This document shows, piece by piece, positions 38,958-49,856 of a stretch of DNA of 64,000 nucleotides. Under the pieces are notes generated by a model. It ran no database searches and was not told the origin of the DNA. It saw only the letters and a program-made list of their open reading frames with translations. Position numbers and translations under genes: made by a program. The stretch lies in the IMG/VR virus record IMGVR_UViG_3300025015_000723, positions 1 to 64,000 of that record, one strand, 5' to 3'. The first letter of the stretch is position 1. Each line of letters opens with the position of its first letter. The stretch comes from an uncultured virus (IMG/VR IMGVR_UViG_3300025015_000723) (taxonomy: Duplodnaviria; Heunggongvirae; Uroviricota; Caudoviricetes).

Positions 38958-41621
38958 TTACGCTTGCGTTACTGTAAAGTCGTCTGCATATACAGAATCA
39001 ACTATTGAAGCTGTATTTGACCATACCCAACATTCAATTTCGATAACGCCAGTTTCCGAAGGAGTAAAAGTTAAAGTTAATTCTTCGTAATTCACATCGT
39101 CTGCTTTAGTGGCTATTAAATCTTCTGGAACACCCGACAGTTGATTCCCCTGAATAAACAATTTAGCAGAAATATTTGTTGCATGGGTTTTCTTAACCCA
39201 CACACGAGCAGTAACTAATCCAGAATTTAGTACGGCCACCTTAGCAATAGAAAGTTTTAGGGGATACCAACTATTTCTAGATGATCCAGTAATTGCCATT
39301 TTCCAAGCAATTCCAGTGGCCGTGTGTCTTTCTGGGTCTGTAGTTACAGTATTCACGATTGCCGCATCAGTAAAGAAATAATGACTATCTATTGCTTGCC
39401 CCCATTTTGGAAAATAAACTCGATAATTAAGTGCAGTGGTTATTGGGGCACTTGGCAGGCCCTCTGCACAAAGAGCATTGGAAACATAATTTGGCCCAAC
39501 GGCAACATAAATACCATTGGTGCCGTTACCAGTTGTGGTAATAGAATAAACCTTATTATTAAGGGAAACCGTGGATATTTGTAAACCATATTGTCCATTA
39601 TAATTTGCTTGAGTTATTGTATTAAATACGTCCTCTGTAATGCTTTGTATAAATATTCCAGACGTACTATTGTAATTTGCATTTGTAATAGTGTGTATAT
39701 TATTACGAGCCGCACTATTTATAGAATATAGACCATAGCTATTATTGTTAAGATTAGATATTAATGAAAAATCATTATTATCTGATGCATTAATCATCAA
39801 ACCATAAGAAGTATTATTACTAACACCCTTTAAAAGAGTGAATAAATTACCTTGACTACTACTGTTAAAATCTAAACCTATCCCACCATTATTATTGAAA
39901 AATCCAAGAGAGCCTATGCCATTTGTAAAAGAACTCCAATATCCTCCACCAGAGCCATTATTACTACAGTTGTTAATGTTTTGGAAATTCCAATAATCAC
40001 AGCTAAGTAAATATGTTCCATAATTATATCTATAAAAATTCAAATAATTAAGAGTTATATAATCTTTGCTTGTTGAAAAAAGACCTCGACCTAAACCATT
40101 TAATCCATCAAAAAATGTTTCCCCAGTTTGCAGGTTGGTATTAGTGTCATATCCCCCCTGATATTGAATATTATTTCCTGATGTTCCACTCTCCTGTATT
40201 TCTTGAACACTAGCAGTAAGACTGGTCGATAATGTTGTTTTAATAGTTTCCCTTGTGTAAGTGGGAACAATTTCTGTGTCTCCCGAATAACCCCTCTCAA
40301 TGATGGAATCTGGTTTAGTTGACGGATCTGTTTCTAATAAAACAACTCGCCCATTAATGCTTTGTATGGCATACCAAGCCTCATCTCCGTCTTGTTCTGT
40401 CGAATTTTTACTTATAAGGCTTTGGAGATTTAAACCAGTACTGGTGGCTGCTTCAAAATTATCTAAATAAAGATATGAAGCCGCAGTAGGAACCACTGAT
40501 CCGGTATACAAAGCAATGGATTGAATGTTAGTTGGTCCACCTCCGGCTCCACTAAGATTTCCACCCCCATCTCTAGTTAAAGTTAAAGGAACCCACACAT
40601 TTATAGATGGAATTGCTGGAAGAGTAAACGTATCGACGGCAGTGACTCCAGCAGTATCTGAACATAATTTAATAACCCAATGAGTTGCTAGGGTGGCTGC
40701 ACTATTGTAAATCCAAAAAGTTATTTTTTGCTTAGAGGATAAATCAACAGAGGTTATAGTTTTATGTGCATATAATGTATTTATCGCATAAGTGGCTTTA
40801 GTAATTTTCATGCAGGCTCCACCCTCTTTAGCTTGAGTGGTGACTGCGGTGCGGGTTACGGTGGATGTGTTGTCTACAGTCCAAGCAACTTCACATCTAT
40901 CAATGGTTGTTGTTTGGGCTGTGGTTAATTTTACTGCTTTAACATTTACTAAACGAGAAGTTCCGGCTCCACCGACCCCATTTCCCACTGAATTATCAAG
41001 TGTAAATTTAGTATCTGATACATAGGTTATTACCCAAGCCCCATTTGCTGCTGTATTAACAGTATTTCCTATAATTTGAACTATGTCTCCAGTTATGTAA
41101 CCATGATTTGTAATAGTTGTTATTTCAATGGGAGAGGCATTGGTAGCTGCATTAATAGTTTTTGTTCCGGTAACAACTCCACCAACATTTGTCACACCTG
41201 TCCATGAACAATCTCCCCCAGAAATTAAAATTGGAGCAAGGCTTTTTGCTATTCTAATGGTGTCTCCTGGAGCAATCCTAGCTGCTGTGGCTCCGTTGGT
41301 TATGGTTTTCCAAGCACAGTAAGTCAAATCACCAGCAATAGATCCAGTACCAGTTCCAGGACCACCACCTTCATTCCCGTAGGTGACGTTTTCTGCTACG
41401 AAAGTCCCACTCCTCCCATAGAAATAGCAGGTAACTACGCCAGCCCACGCACCAGGAGTCACTGTGAGATAAGCTACCTTGGCACTGGTTTGTCCCGTCA
41501 TCTTGTCACCAGCGACGGGACTACTACCTCCAGTGACAGTTACCGCTACGCTCCACCATCCATATGGAGTGGCGGTAGTAGCATCTAATCCATTTTCATA
41601 ATCCATATACCACGTTGACAT
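38958..41621 (-). CDS. tail fibre/spike-like protein with beta-helix and carbohydrate-binding-like domains
   Basis: Asn-rich NN..YG repeats (right-handed beta-helix), TNASP...HGY.TGD module, jelly-roll-like ITFWIY segment. Confidence 0.65.
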   Translation of the reverse strand: MSTWYMDYENGLDATTATPYGWWSVAVTVTGGSSPVAGDKMTGQTSAKVAYLTVTPGAWAGVVTCYFYGRSGTFVAENVTYGNEGGGPGTGTGSIAGDLTYCAWKTITNGATAARIAPGDTIRIAKSLAPILISGGDCSWTGVTNVGGVVTGTKTINAATNASPIEITTITNHGYITGDIVQIIGNTVNTAANGAWVITYVSDTKFTLDNSVGNGVGGAGTSRLVNVKAVKLTTAQTTTIDRCEVAWTVDNTSTVTRTAVTTQAKEGGACMKITKATYAINTLYAHKTITSVDLSSKQKITFWIYNSAATLATHWVIKLCSDTAGVTAVDTFTLPAIPSINVWVPLTLTRDGGGNLSGAGGGPTNIQSIALYTGSVVPTAASYLYLDNFEAATSTGLNLQSLISKNSTEQDGDEAWYAIQSINGRVVLLETDPSTKPDSIIERGYSGDTEIVPTYTRETIKTTLSTSLTASVQEIQESGTSGNNIQYQGGYDTNTNLQTGETFFDGLNGLGRGLFSTSKDYITLNYLNFYRYNYGTYLLSCDYWNFQNINNCSNNGSGGGYWSSFTNGIGSLGFFNNNGGIGLDFNSSSQGNLFTLLKGVSNNTSYGLMINASDNNDFSLISNLNNNSYGLYSINSAARNNIHTITNANYNSTSGIFIQSITEDVFNTITQANYNGQYGLQISTVSLNNKVYSITTTGNGTNGIYVAVGPNYVSNALCAEGLPSAPITTALNYRVYFPKWGQAIDSHYFFTDAAIVNTVTTDPERHTATGIAWKMAITGSSRNSWYPLKLSIAKVAVLNSGLVTARVWVKKTHATNISAKLFIQGNQLSGVPEDLIATKADDVNYEELTLTFTPSETGVIEIECWVWSNTASIVDSVYADDFTVTQA

Positions 41622-41638
41622 GCCTATCTCCCTATTTT

Positions 41639-43525
41639 TTAATTATTAGCAACGTTAATTGTGACTGTAATATTGGAACCAGATTTAAATCTATGTTTAA
41701 TCTCTCCGCCATTAATAACAAAACGCCAGCCATTAGATATTTCTGAATAAGAAACTTCCGATGAAGTTTTTGTTAAATCTTCTATTACGGCTCCATTTTG
41801 ATATATAGAAAAATTAACATATGATAGTGGAAAATATTTTCCATGAGTTTCTATAATATCAAAAATAAAAGTAGCATAACGACTTATATTAGAGGCATTA
41901 GCAATAGAATTATATGTAATTAATTCAAAATTCATATCAACATATGAAACAGTCACATCAATATCATTTGGAATTCCCACTGAGCTATCAGAGGCTGTTA
42001 AAATTACAGAATATGTTGCATCTATAGTGGGCACTAAAAACGTGTTTGGTGTACTAACTATAATTTCTTCATTAGCCGCCCACACACAATTAACAATTGT
42101 TTTAGTGGGCCATGTTGCTTGAAGAGTAGGGGGACCATCAAAAACATTAGAAATAATAGTCAAATATGGTTCCGAATTTATACTTATAGTTGCCGTAGTG
42201 CTATCAGCAGGTGGATCACATTGACCAGTAACCCTTACCCAATAGTTGGTTTCTGTGGTTAAAGCTGGAGTTGTATATGTGTTTGAATCTGTTCCGACTG
42301 GAGTTGACGTATCTCCACTAAGGCCTTCGTACCATTGGTAAGACAATGATAACGTGCCACTCGCCACCACAGTTAAAATTGCCGTATCTCCAAGGGAAAT
42401 AGTTTCCCCTGATGGTTGTGTGTCAATAGTCGGAGAAAGACAAGGTGAATAAGAATCTAGTCCCCATGTACCTAAATCAGGATAGTAAATTTCTGCAGTA
42501 CTAAGTGGAAGAACATCTGGAAGTCCGCCCCAACCACCATAAACCAATACCGTATTGTCATCTAAAAGGGCATATTGTACGCTAGCGGCTACTTGTCCCA
42601 ATTCCATTCTTGGAACATTCATAGATCCTGTTAAAGACCAGGTTCCGCTAGCCACATTATATATTTCTGCTGAATCTAAAATTCCAGTAAAGTCTGAAGT
42701 AGTTGTGCCCCCAAAAACTAAAACATTTCCATCAGAAAGTTTAACTGCCCCCCCCCAAAATCGCACAGCAGAGAGTGAACCAGTAACAGACCACGTGTTA
42801 GAGTTGGGATCAAATAATTCACAAGTGTCTGTTCCTGTACATGAAGATAATACGGTATTGTTATTTAGTAAATTTAAATTTATTGAATTTTGGGGCGGTA
42901 AAGATAAATCTCCCACAATTGACCATGTGTCTGTATCTGGATCATATGTTTCACTAGAGGTTTCGTTCCAGCTAGCTACCAATATTTTACCAGACACTAA
43001 TCTCACCGCTGCAACAGCATCACGAGAAATATTTAATGAGCCCGCAGGCGACCAGGTTCCCAAAATAGGATCATATATCTCACAGGTGTCTAAACTACCT
43101 CCGCCACCATCTGTGGTAGAACCACCTATGGCCAATACCCTACCATCAATAAGTTTAACTATGGCGTGAAATTGCCTTGATATAGACAAGGAGCCAGTAA
43201 AAGTCCAAAGACCAGTATTTGGATTATATAATTCACAAGATGCTGTGCTAAGCCAGGTGGGATCGGAACCAGTCAAACCACCAACCACCAATACGTTTCC
43301 ATCATCAAGTAAAATTGCTGGAGGACCATATGCGCGTGAGACGTTAAGGTCCCCAACGGAATAAAAACCATTGTCTATGATATTATATATAACAGAGCTA
43401 GATATTAAAGTTCCATCTATTCCCCACCCACCAGCAAATAAAACATTACCAGAAGACAATTTTATACCTATGCCATCACTTCTGGCTGGGGGTGGATTCT
43501 GGAGAGGACCTAAGTAATCTGACAT
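41639..43525 (-). CDS. Kelch beta-propeller + Ig domain appendage protein
   Basis: About 7 repeats of L.DG.VL..GG...E.Y.P....W...G.L...R; Ig domain YQWYEG...YWVRV. Confidence 0.82.
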   Translation of the reverse strand: MSDYLGPLQNPPPARSDGIGIKLSSGNVLFAGGWGIDGTLISSSVIYNIIDNGFYSVGDLNVSRAYGPPAILLDDGNVLVVGGLTGSDPTWLSTASCELYNPNTGLWTFTGSLSISRQFHAIVKLIDGRVLAIGGSTTDGGGGSLDTCEIYDPILGTWSPAGSLNISRDAVAAVRLVSGKILVASWNETSSETYDPDTDTWSIVGDLSLPPQNSINLNLLNNNTVLSSCTGTDTCELFDPNSNTWSVTGSLSAVRFWGGAVKLSDGNVLVFGGTTTSDFTGILDSAEIYNVASGTWSLTGSMNVPRMELGQVAASVQYALLDDNTVLVYGGWGGLPDVLPLSTAEIYYPDLGTWGLDSYSPCLSPTIDTQPSGETISLGDTAILTVVASGTLSLSYQWYEGLSGDTSTPVGTDSNTYTTPALTTETNYWVRVTGQCDPPADSTTATISINSEPYLTIISNVFDGPPTLQATWPTKTIVNCVWAANEEIIVSTPNTFLVPTIDATYSVILTASDSSVGIPNDIDVTVSYVDMNFELITYNSIANASNISRYATFIFDIIETHGKYFPLSYVNFSIYQNGAVIEDLTKTSSEVSYSEISNGWRFVINGGEIKHRFKSGSNITVTINVANN

Positions 43526-43538
43526 TATTTCATATCCA

Positions 43539-46500
43539 TTATATTAACGACATCGTGAGTTCTTGACCAGATAAATTAAAATTCAAATCAGTGCTGAATA
43601 AAGTTTTAACACTATTAAAATCTACAGAAAAAATTACCGGTGAATCCTTACCATTTGTTAACATTTCTATGCGATATTGAATATATCTACCGTTAACTCC
43701 AGATAATGTGGCTTCATAATCTACTGTCCAATCACATTTTAAAACATAAGCGTACACTGAATCACTGTAAACATATCCATCGTCTTCACTGGATATATTA
43801 TTAATAAGATCTAATTCAATCCATGGTTCTGTTATCAATGTATCAGAATAGTCCGCAGTGCGATACATAATTTTAAATAACGATTTAAGCGCGCTAGAGC
43901 CATATGCATCATACCCATATGCATCATATCCATAATCACAGTATTCTGATGTACAGCCATCTAAACTAATACCACAACCAATGGTATCTCTCATAATATA
44001 ACCTCGACGTTGAAGGCTTGATGTAGAGGCTTTAATTGCTAATTTAGTCCACTCCAATCCCAACATCGTACTATCATATATTTGAGAAGTATATACGCCA
44101 GAAACCGGTTCACCATAAATATTTCCAGCCGATGGATAGCTATTGAGAATAAATGCGCATGGCCACAATTTATTTAAATCTACAGCTTCTAACATAAGTC
44201 TATTACCATAGTAACTAATGTTTTCAGGGGTTACAGTTGTTTGTGCCCATTGGGCAGTAGTGTCTTCTTTCCAACCATTAAACCAAACAGAAATATCAGT
44301 AGTGTCATACTTAGGGGAATCACAAAGCGTTATAGTATTAAACCTATCTCTTTGAATAAATGAATCCTCCCTCACTACATCAACAAGCCCATTGTTTTTA
44401 GATAAATTGAATATATCAGTTTCTGTTAATGTTCCATCGGGACACAAAATTCCCCTTCTTACCCAACTCACTCTATTTTCAATCCAATCTTGTAAACTTT
44501 GTCCATCTTCTGGTTGAGTGCTAATTTCAGCGCCATTAATAAAAGCGTGAATTTCACTATCTTTCTGAGCGCAGGTTTGCGTTCCATCATTTAATTTCCA
44601 ACTCATAGCAATGTATTGACGTGTTCGACGAGACCACATTAAATCAAAATCAAATTTTTCTAAATCTAAAACAACTTCATAATAAGATCTGCATCCCTCT
44701 TCTGAAATAAACACAGAAGAAATGCCACTGGACATTGGCTTCAACATTGATGTTTTGTTTAATTCCACATGTTCATATAATCTAAAATGTAATAAATTTT
44801 CTGTATCTTTGAAAATAGATAATCGATTACTATATGGACCACTATTTTCATGATTTACATCAAACAGAGTCGTAATTTTAGCACTTGGAACCGCACACAC
44901 TGGATTATTATAAGTAACCACTATATCAGTAATTCCAAGTTTAGCCGTACTTAGATTTTCTACTTCCCCGTAATATTCTCCATAACCTTGATATTCATTA
45001 TAATATTCACCATATCCAGTTTCACTTAATGGATTAACTGAGATTTGCATTCTGACGCGTAAATGTCTGGAATTAGGTAAAGATAAAGATAAAGATTGAA
45101 TAGGCGATGAGTGAATAATGTATTCAATGTTTTCAGCATAATCCATAGCTGACATGCCATCTAAATGCAATCCATATACATGATATGTTGTGTTTCCAAT
45201 CGTTGTGTCTTCAGCAACATAATCTAACACATAATAATTTCTATTTGCCTGCTCGCCATTAATAATTGTGACTCTACGACCAACGGCTTTTTGTAATTTT
45301 TCAATAGTAATCGTTGCGTTTTCGTCATTCTCACCCGTCACATACAATACAGAAGAATCTTTGTTTAAGCAATATGCTGGTGGAGTATTTTGAGCACACG
45401 ATTCCATATTTAAATGTGGACACAAATAACCGTCAGTACCAGTAAAAGTTTCTAAAGAAATTCTAGCATAAGGAGGACCAATTTCTGGATAACCATAATT
45501 TTCTCCATACCAAGTTGCATAAGACTCAGTGTCCGCTTGCCCAACAATACCACAATATTCGCTGCCATACTCAGCTTCATTCCAGGGTAAAAACCACACA
45601 TCAACATCAACTGCAGAAAATTCGTTAACCTTACCGTTGGTGATAGCTGAACCCAAACTAAAAGATTTCCAAGATACAACTGCTCCGGCATCAATTACAT
45701 TTTCCCAAATTGCTTGATGCGAAATTTGTGCTGATTCAGAATCAGGATCATATACTAATCCCACAGCACTAACTGAGGTGTCGGTAATAATGGCTTCACC
45801 ACGTAAACCTTTAGAATTATTTTGATATAAATCTAAAATAACAGGTGATGTATTTTTACGCAACCAATTTGTACCAACAAATAAATCTAGCCCACCTTCA
45901 GAAATTCTAAAATTAACATCAGCATCATATGTTAGGGCATTATTGTCCCGCATCCAAAGACCCTTACCAAATGGATCTGATTGGCCCGTAACTGGAGTAG
46001 AGGTACTATAAAATGTAGTTCCAGTAAATATCGCAGGTAAACTATATAAATGATCAATATCTAAACGCCAACCAAGAGTGTTTCCTTCTTTAATTTCAGG
46101 TGTGGTAGCTGTAAATGTTTTGACGAGTTCTTCTATTCCAAATAAAGTTGGACCCTTAAGATAGGCAGCGATAACTCCGCTAATAGCTTTTCTATAGGTT
46201 TCTTTTGCCCACCGTCTAGAACTTTCATCCAGCTCTCTTGTTCCCAATAAATAAGCAAAATTACTATAAAGAGCGGGTTCCCTAGCTCCGTATTTATAGG
46301 AAACATAATATGTTTCTCCTGCTGTGTCAATGCCAAATCTACCCGCAGTTTGACGTAAAGCTGATAAATTAGGGCTCCAGTCTATACCATTATCACCATA
46401 GACATAATCAACAACTATATTATCCACTACGTAATTATAATTAGCGAGAATTTCTTCATTATTACCCAATAAAATAGGTTGATAATTTGGACATAAAGAA

Positions 46501-49500
46501 TTACGGCAATTTTGATAATATAATCCCCGACCGTTAATACCAGCAAAATCCTTTTGTTTACCAGAGGCGCTATAAAACCTACAAGAGGTTTCTAAGCAAA
46601 TACTGTTCACTTTAGACGTTGCGGATTTACGATAAATAAAATCTGGATCAGCTTCTACTGGTGAAGCTCCATCAGCAGCAATTATACCGTCCATTTTAAC
46701 ACAAGAACTATAAGAACCAGTAGTTTGATCGTAAACACAGCCCGCAGGAGTAAAGGCACCCTGATAAGTTTGTTCAAATTGTGACATTGGATATGGGTAA
46801 TTAGTACAATGAATATTATTATCAAAACGACAAACATCAGATAGATAAATTGTATCGTTATCAATGTGATCTACCTTAAGATAGTTTAATGCAGTCTTTT
46901 GAATGTTTTGACCAGCAGAAGATGAAATTGCTTGTTTTTGTACATAATTAACATTTAAGACATTTTGATGTCTAGCTTGAAGTGCTGCCGTGGTATATCT
47001 AGCTACAATTTGAGACTGAAGACCCACGACCGGTGCCCAAGAATCAATTGCCACATGAACAACCCCGTTTATATAATCAATAGAATAAGCCCCTGGAGCT
47101 TCACGTCTGGTAAAAATATATTGTCCATTTTTATCTACAAGGGGAATGCCATCCTCTCCAATAACACGCCGATAAAATTCAGTTTTACCATCAATAAACG
47201 GTACTTCTTTATGAAATACTGATGTATATTTAAAACAAGACTGAGACTTACAATGAGATTTATATAAATTAGCATCAACATTATACCCGTCAATGGGACT
47301 AAATGCCGTACCAGTAACGTCACAAACCGCTCCAGTATCATGAACGCAAACTGTAGGCTCAAATGAAACAGAGGAATCAATAGTACCATAAAAACATGTT
47401 GGCTCTTCATTGATTCCTACAAACGTGGTAATATTTATACAATCATTTTTATTAAAAACATCTTCAAAAAGACCTTGATTTTGAAGATAAGCGTCCGTTA
47501 ATAAATATGGATCAATTGTAAATGGATACAATACACTAGTGGTATCAATACCGGTAAATCTGTCTGCGGTTTCACCTTCGGAAATTAATTTATTTTGGAA
47601 TTGTAATAAAAACCCATCGGTTCCACTAAGATATGCCGTCCTAATCGCAATTTTATCAACTTTTTGTAATGATACTGAATCATATACAGTTCCACCTATA
47701 GTTGTCTTTGCTTCATTAAGTAACATTGCATGGGAGAGTGAAAGGGCTCCAGCAACATCCTTTAATTCTATAACATCTGTAACGTCTTTAAATGTTACTA
47801 CCTCTATTACATTTTCAACACTAATCGGTTCATTTACAATTATACGATCATCATAAACATGATTAACTGTATAATCGATACCAGTACCTTCACTAAATAC
47901 TTTGTTTACTTCTTCTATGGGACTATGTTGTGTTTTAATGTTAAATTTACCATCTTCATCTATAAACATAGAGGAACCAACCCTTTCATAACATTCCTCA
48001 ACATTTGCAAATAAATTATAATCCCGGCCCTCAACAAAAACATCTTCATATTGATAGGCTATATTTACAATCTGGCCTTCTGATATTTGACTAGAATCAG
48101 ATGATGGCAAAGCAATCGCGCCAGTCATCAATGGGTTGTTTGCATATACATTAGCGTTACCTAAAATAACGCTATAGTCAATATCTTCTTCATATGTAGC
48201 TAATCTCAAATAACTTACGTATATCACTTGTGGAAAAGCGGTCAATCTTGCCGCTAAAAGTGTATCATTGGGCGACCCTGCATCAAATTGTGCAATAGCT
48301 ATTTCTGTTTGAGCTGAAGTGGATTGAGTATTTCTATAATTTACCATATACTCGCCCCAGCTTAAAGTACGCACCACAGACCAAGATACTTCACGTTGAA
48401 ATGGATTTAAACAAACAAATCTACCATCTGAAAGTTCAGTTAAAGTTAAATCATGGTCTATACGAATTAAAACATCAACTTCTTTTTTCATAATGACTAA
48501 AGAGGTATTAGTAGAAGTTGCATTACTAATTCCAGAATAAGATAACAAACCAACATTGTTAATGAAAAATGCGCCGCCAGAAGCTGAAGATTGTTCCATT
48601 TCTATTTCATTAAAAACTGGATCTAAATTTGGATCTGGTGTACCTATAATTGGTAATGTGGTGTTGGTGACTCTAGCAGGTGGTAAGCCAACTACAGCGG
48701 TAACATTTAAATTTTCCTGAATTTTTCTAGTAGAGTTATTATAAGAATATACCACAAAAACTTTATCTCCAGCTTGTGGAGGAGGGACTCCTAAAACCGG
48801 ACTTAATTTAAATTGGGTGTCTGTTAATTTAACATCAACATAAGCATTTCCAACATCATAAAAATTAGTCTTCAATGCATAACTAGACAAATCGTACATT
48901 GCCATAACTGGTCCAGTTTGGACCATTACAGCCAACACTTTAAGAATAGGCCCCAATTGGACCTCTAAAACATATGGGGTAGCTGTGATAGTGGCTTCTT
49001 CAGCATTTACAAAACGAATATATCTCTTATCTCCAGCTTGGGGAGCGGGAAAACCCAACATAAATCTACTAGCATTGATTAAGGAGGGACTAAGAGCGTC
49101 CACCTCCAAATAACCAGAACTAGGAGTTAGAGACACGGTTAACGACCCCATAATACTTTGAGTTATAAGTTGAACATCTCCATCAAAAAATACTGAAGAA
49201 GTATCAGATTTAATAATTGCTTTACTAGATTTTTCTTTTGCAACTCTTGTAATTTCATTTGCGCCTATGTTATTTAATTTATCATAGTGGCCTCGACCAC
49301 GCGTTACAGCTTCAGAGTCAACTTGAACACCAATAAAATAATCTGCTTCAGTTTTTCCAATTTCATCTTCAATTCTGGATAATTCATCGGACACAACCCT
49401 AAATAGCTTACTAGTAAAAGTTTCTACCTCTTGTCCTGTGGTGGGTTCTATCTTAGTTTTATTAGCTAACATAGGAGACAAAGAATCTATCATTCGATCT

Positions 49501-49835
49501 AAAATAACACTATCAGTCGCAAAACCATCAAATACAGCTATATTGTCTACCGAATTTGTTTCTATAATAGCACTACTAGTGAGAGCACGCACACCAGAAG
49601 TCACTACTCGATACAGCATAAATGGTATTTGTGTATCTGTATGTATTATAATTGTTACAGAACTATCTAGTGACTGTGTAATGGAAACTATGTTTAAATT
49701 GCCAACCCCATAAAGTGGGGAAATAACAAAATTAGCATTGGTAAGGTTGGGATTAACTGGCTGGTTAAATACCGCCTCCAGTTCATCTAAAGCTATTGCT
49801 GTAACAGCAATTAGCTTCACAGGTAATTTATTCAT
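43539..49835 (-). CDS. very large baseplate/wedge-associated structural protein (2098 aa)
   Basis: Follows baseplate J; LYSNFAYLLG...YRKAI...YLKGPT resembles the tail-protein-I/wedge motif; LamG-like segment. Confidence 0.6.
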   Translation of the reverse strand: MNKLPVKLIAVTAIALDELEAVFNQPVNPNLTNANFVISPLYGVGNLNIVSITQSLDSSVTIIIHTDTQIPFMLYRVVTSGVRALTSSAIIETNSVDNIAVFDGFATDSVILDRMIDSLSPMLANKTKIEPTTGQEVETFTSKLFRVVSDELSRIEDEIGKTEADYFIGVQVDSEAVTRGRGHYDKLNNIGANEITRVAKEKSSKAIIKSDTSSVFFDGDVQLITQSIMGSLTVSLTPSSGYLEVDALSPSLINASRFMLGFPAPQAGDKRYIRFVNAEEATITATPYVLEVQLGPILKVLAVMVQTGPVMAMYDLSSYALKTNFYDVGNAYVDVKLTDTQFKLSPVLGVPPPQAGDKVFVVYSYNNSTRKIQENLNVTAVVGLPPARVTNTTLPIIGTPDPNLDPVFNEIEMEQSSASGGAFFINNVGLLSYSGISNATSTNTSLVIMKKEVDVLIRIDHDLTLTELSDGRFVCLNPFQREVSWSVVRTLSWGEYMVNYRNTQSTSAQTEIAIAQFDAGSPNDTLLAARLTAFPQVIYVSYLRLATYEEDIDYSVILGNANVYANNPLMTGAIALPSSDSSQISEGQIVNIAYQYEDVFVEGRDYNLFANVEECYERVGSSMFIDEDGKFNIKTQHSPIEEVNKVFSEGTGIDYTVNHVYDDRIIVNEPISVENVIEVVTFKDVTDVIELKDVAGALSLSHAMLLNEAKTTIGGTVYDSVSLQKVDKIAIRTAYLSGTDGFLLQFQNKLISEGETADRFTGIDTTSVLYPFTIDPYLLTDAYLQNQGLFEDVFNKNDCINITTFVGINEEPTCFYGTIDSSVSFEPTVCVHDTGAVCDVTGTAFSPIDGYNVDANLYKSHCKSQSCFKYTSVFHKEVPFIDGKTEFYRRVIGEDGIPLVDKNGQYIFTRREAPGAYSIDYINGVVHVAIDSWAPVVGLQSQIVARYTTAALQARHQNVLNVNYVQKQAISSSAGQNIQKTALNYLKVDHIDNDTIYLSDVCRFDNNIHCTNYPYPMSQFEQTYQGAFTPAGCVYDQTTGSYSSCVKMDGIIAADGASPVEADPDFIYRKSATSKVNSICLETSCRFYSASGKQKDFAGINGRGLYYQNCRNSLCPNYQPILLGNNEEILANYNYVVDNIVVDYVYGDNGIDWSPNLSALRQTAGRFGIDTAGETYYVSYKYGAREPALYSNFAYLLGTRELDESSRRWAKETYRKAISGVIAAYLKGPTLFGIEELVKTFTATTPEIKEGNTLGWRLDIDHLYSLPAIFTGTTFYSTSTPVTGQSDPFGKGLWMRDNNALTYDADVNFRISEGGLDLFVGTNWLRKNTSPVILDLYQNNSKGLRGEAIITDTSVSAVGLVYDPDSESAQISHQAIWENVIDAGAVVSWKSFSLGSAITNGKVNEFSAVDVDVWFLPWNEAEYGSEYCGIVGQADTESYATWYGENYGYPEIGPPYARISLETFTGTDGYLCPHLNMESCAQNTPPAYCLNKDSSVLYVTGENDENATITIEKLQKAVGRRVTIINGEQANRNYYVLDYVAEDTTIGNTTYHVYGLHLDGMSAMDYAENIEYIIHSSPIQSLSLSLPNSRHLRVRMQISVNPLSETGYGEYYNEYQGYGEYYGEVENLSTAKLGITDIVVTYNNPVCAVPSAKITTLFDVNHENSGPYSNRLSIFKDTENLLHFRLYEHVELNKTSMLKPMSSGISSVFISEEGCRSYYEVVLDLEKFDFDLMWSRRTRQYIAMSWKLNDGTQTCAQKDSEIHAFINGAEISTQPEDGQSLQDWIENRVSWVRRGILCPDGTLTETDIFNLSKNNGLVDVVREDSFIQRDRFNTITLCDSPKYDTTDISVWFNGWKEDTTAQWAQTTVTPENISYYGNRLMLEAVDLNKLWPCAFILNSYPSAGNIYGEPVSGVYTSQIYDSTMLGLEWTKLAIKASTSSLQRRGYIMRDTIGCGISLDGCTSEYCDYGYDAYGYDAYGSSALKSLFKIMYRTADYSDTLITEPWIELDLINNISSEDDGYVYSDSVYAYVLKCDWTVDYEATLSGVNGRYIQYRIEMLTNGKDSPVIFSVDFNSVKTLFSTDLNFNLSGQELTMSLI

Positions 49836-49856
49836 TGGTCCACGCCCCTAGGATTT

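Noticed and set aside
37376..42200. Diversity-generating retroelement template/variable repeat pair
   Set aside because: The similarity is a diverged protein paralogy with differences not confined to adenines, and no reverse transcriptase is in the window.
42555..43169. 204-aa plus-strand ORF and the other plus-strand ORFs
   Set aside because: Antisense to clear minus-strand genes, with no recognisable motifs.
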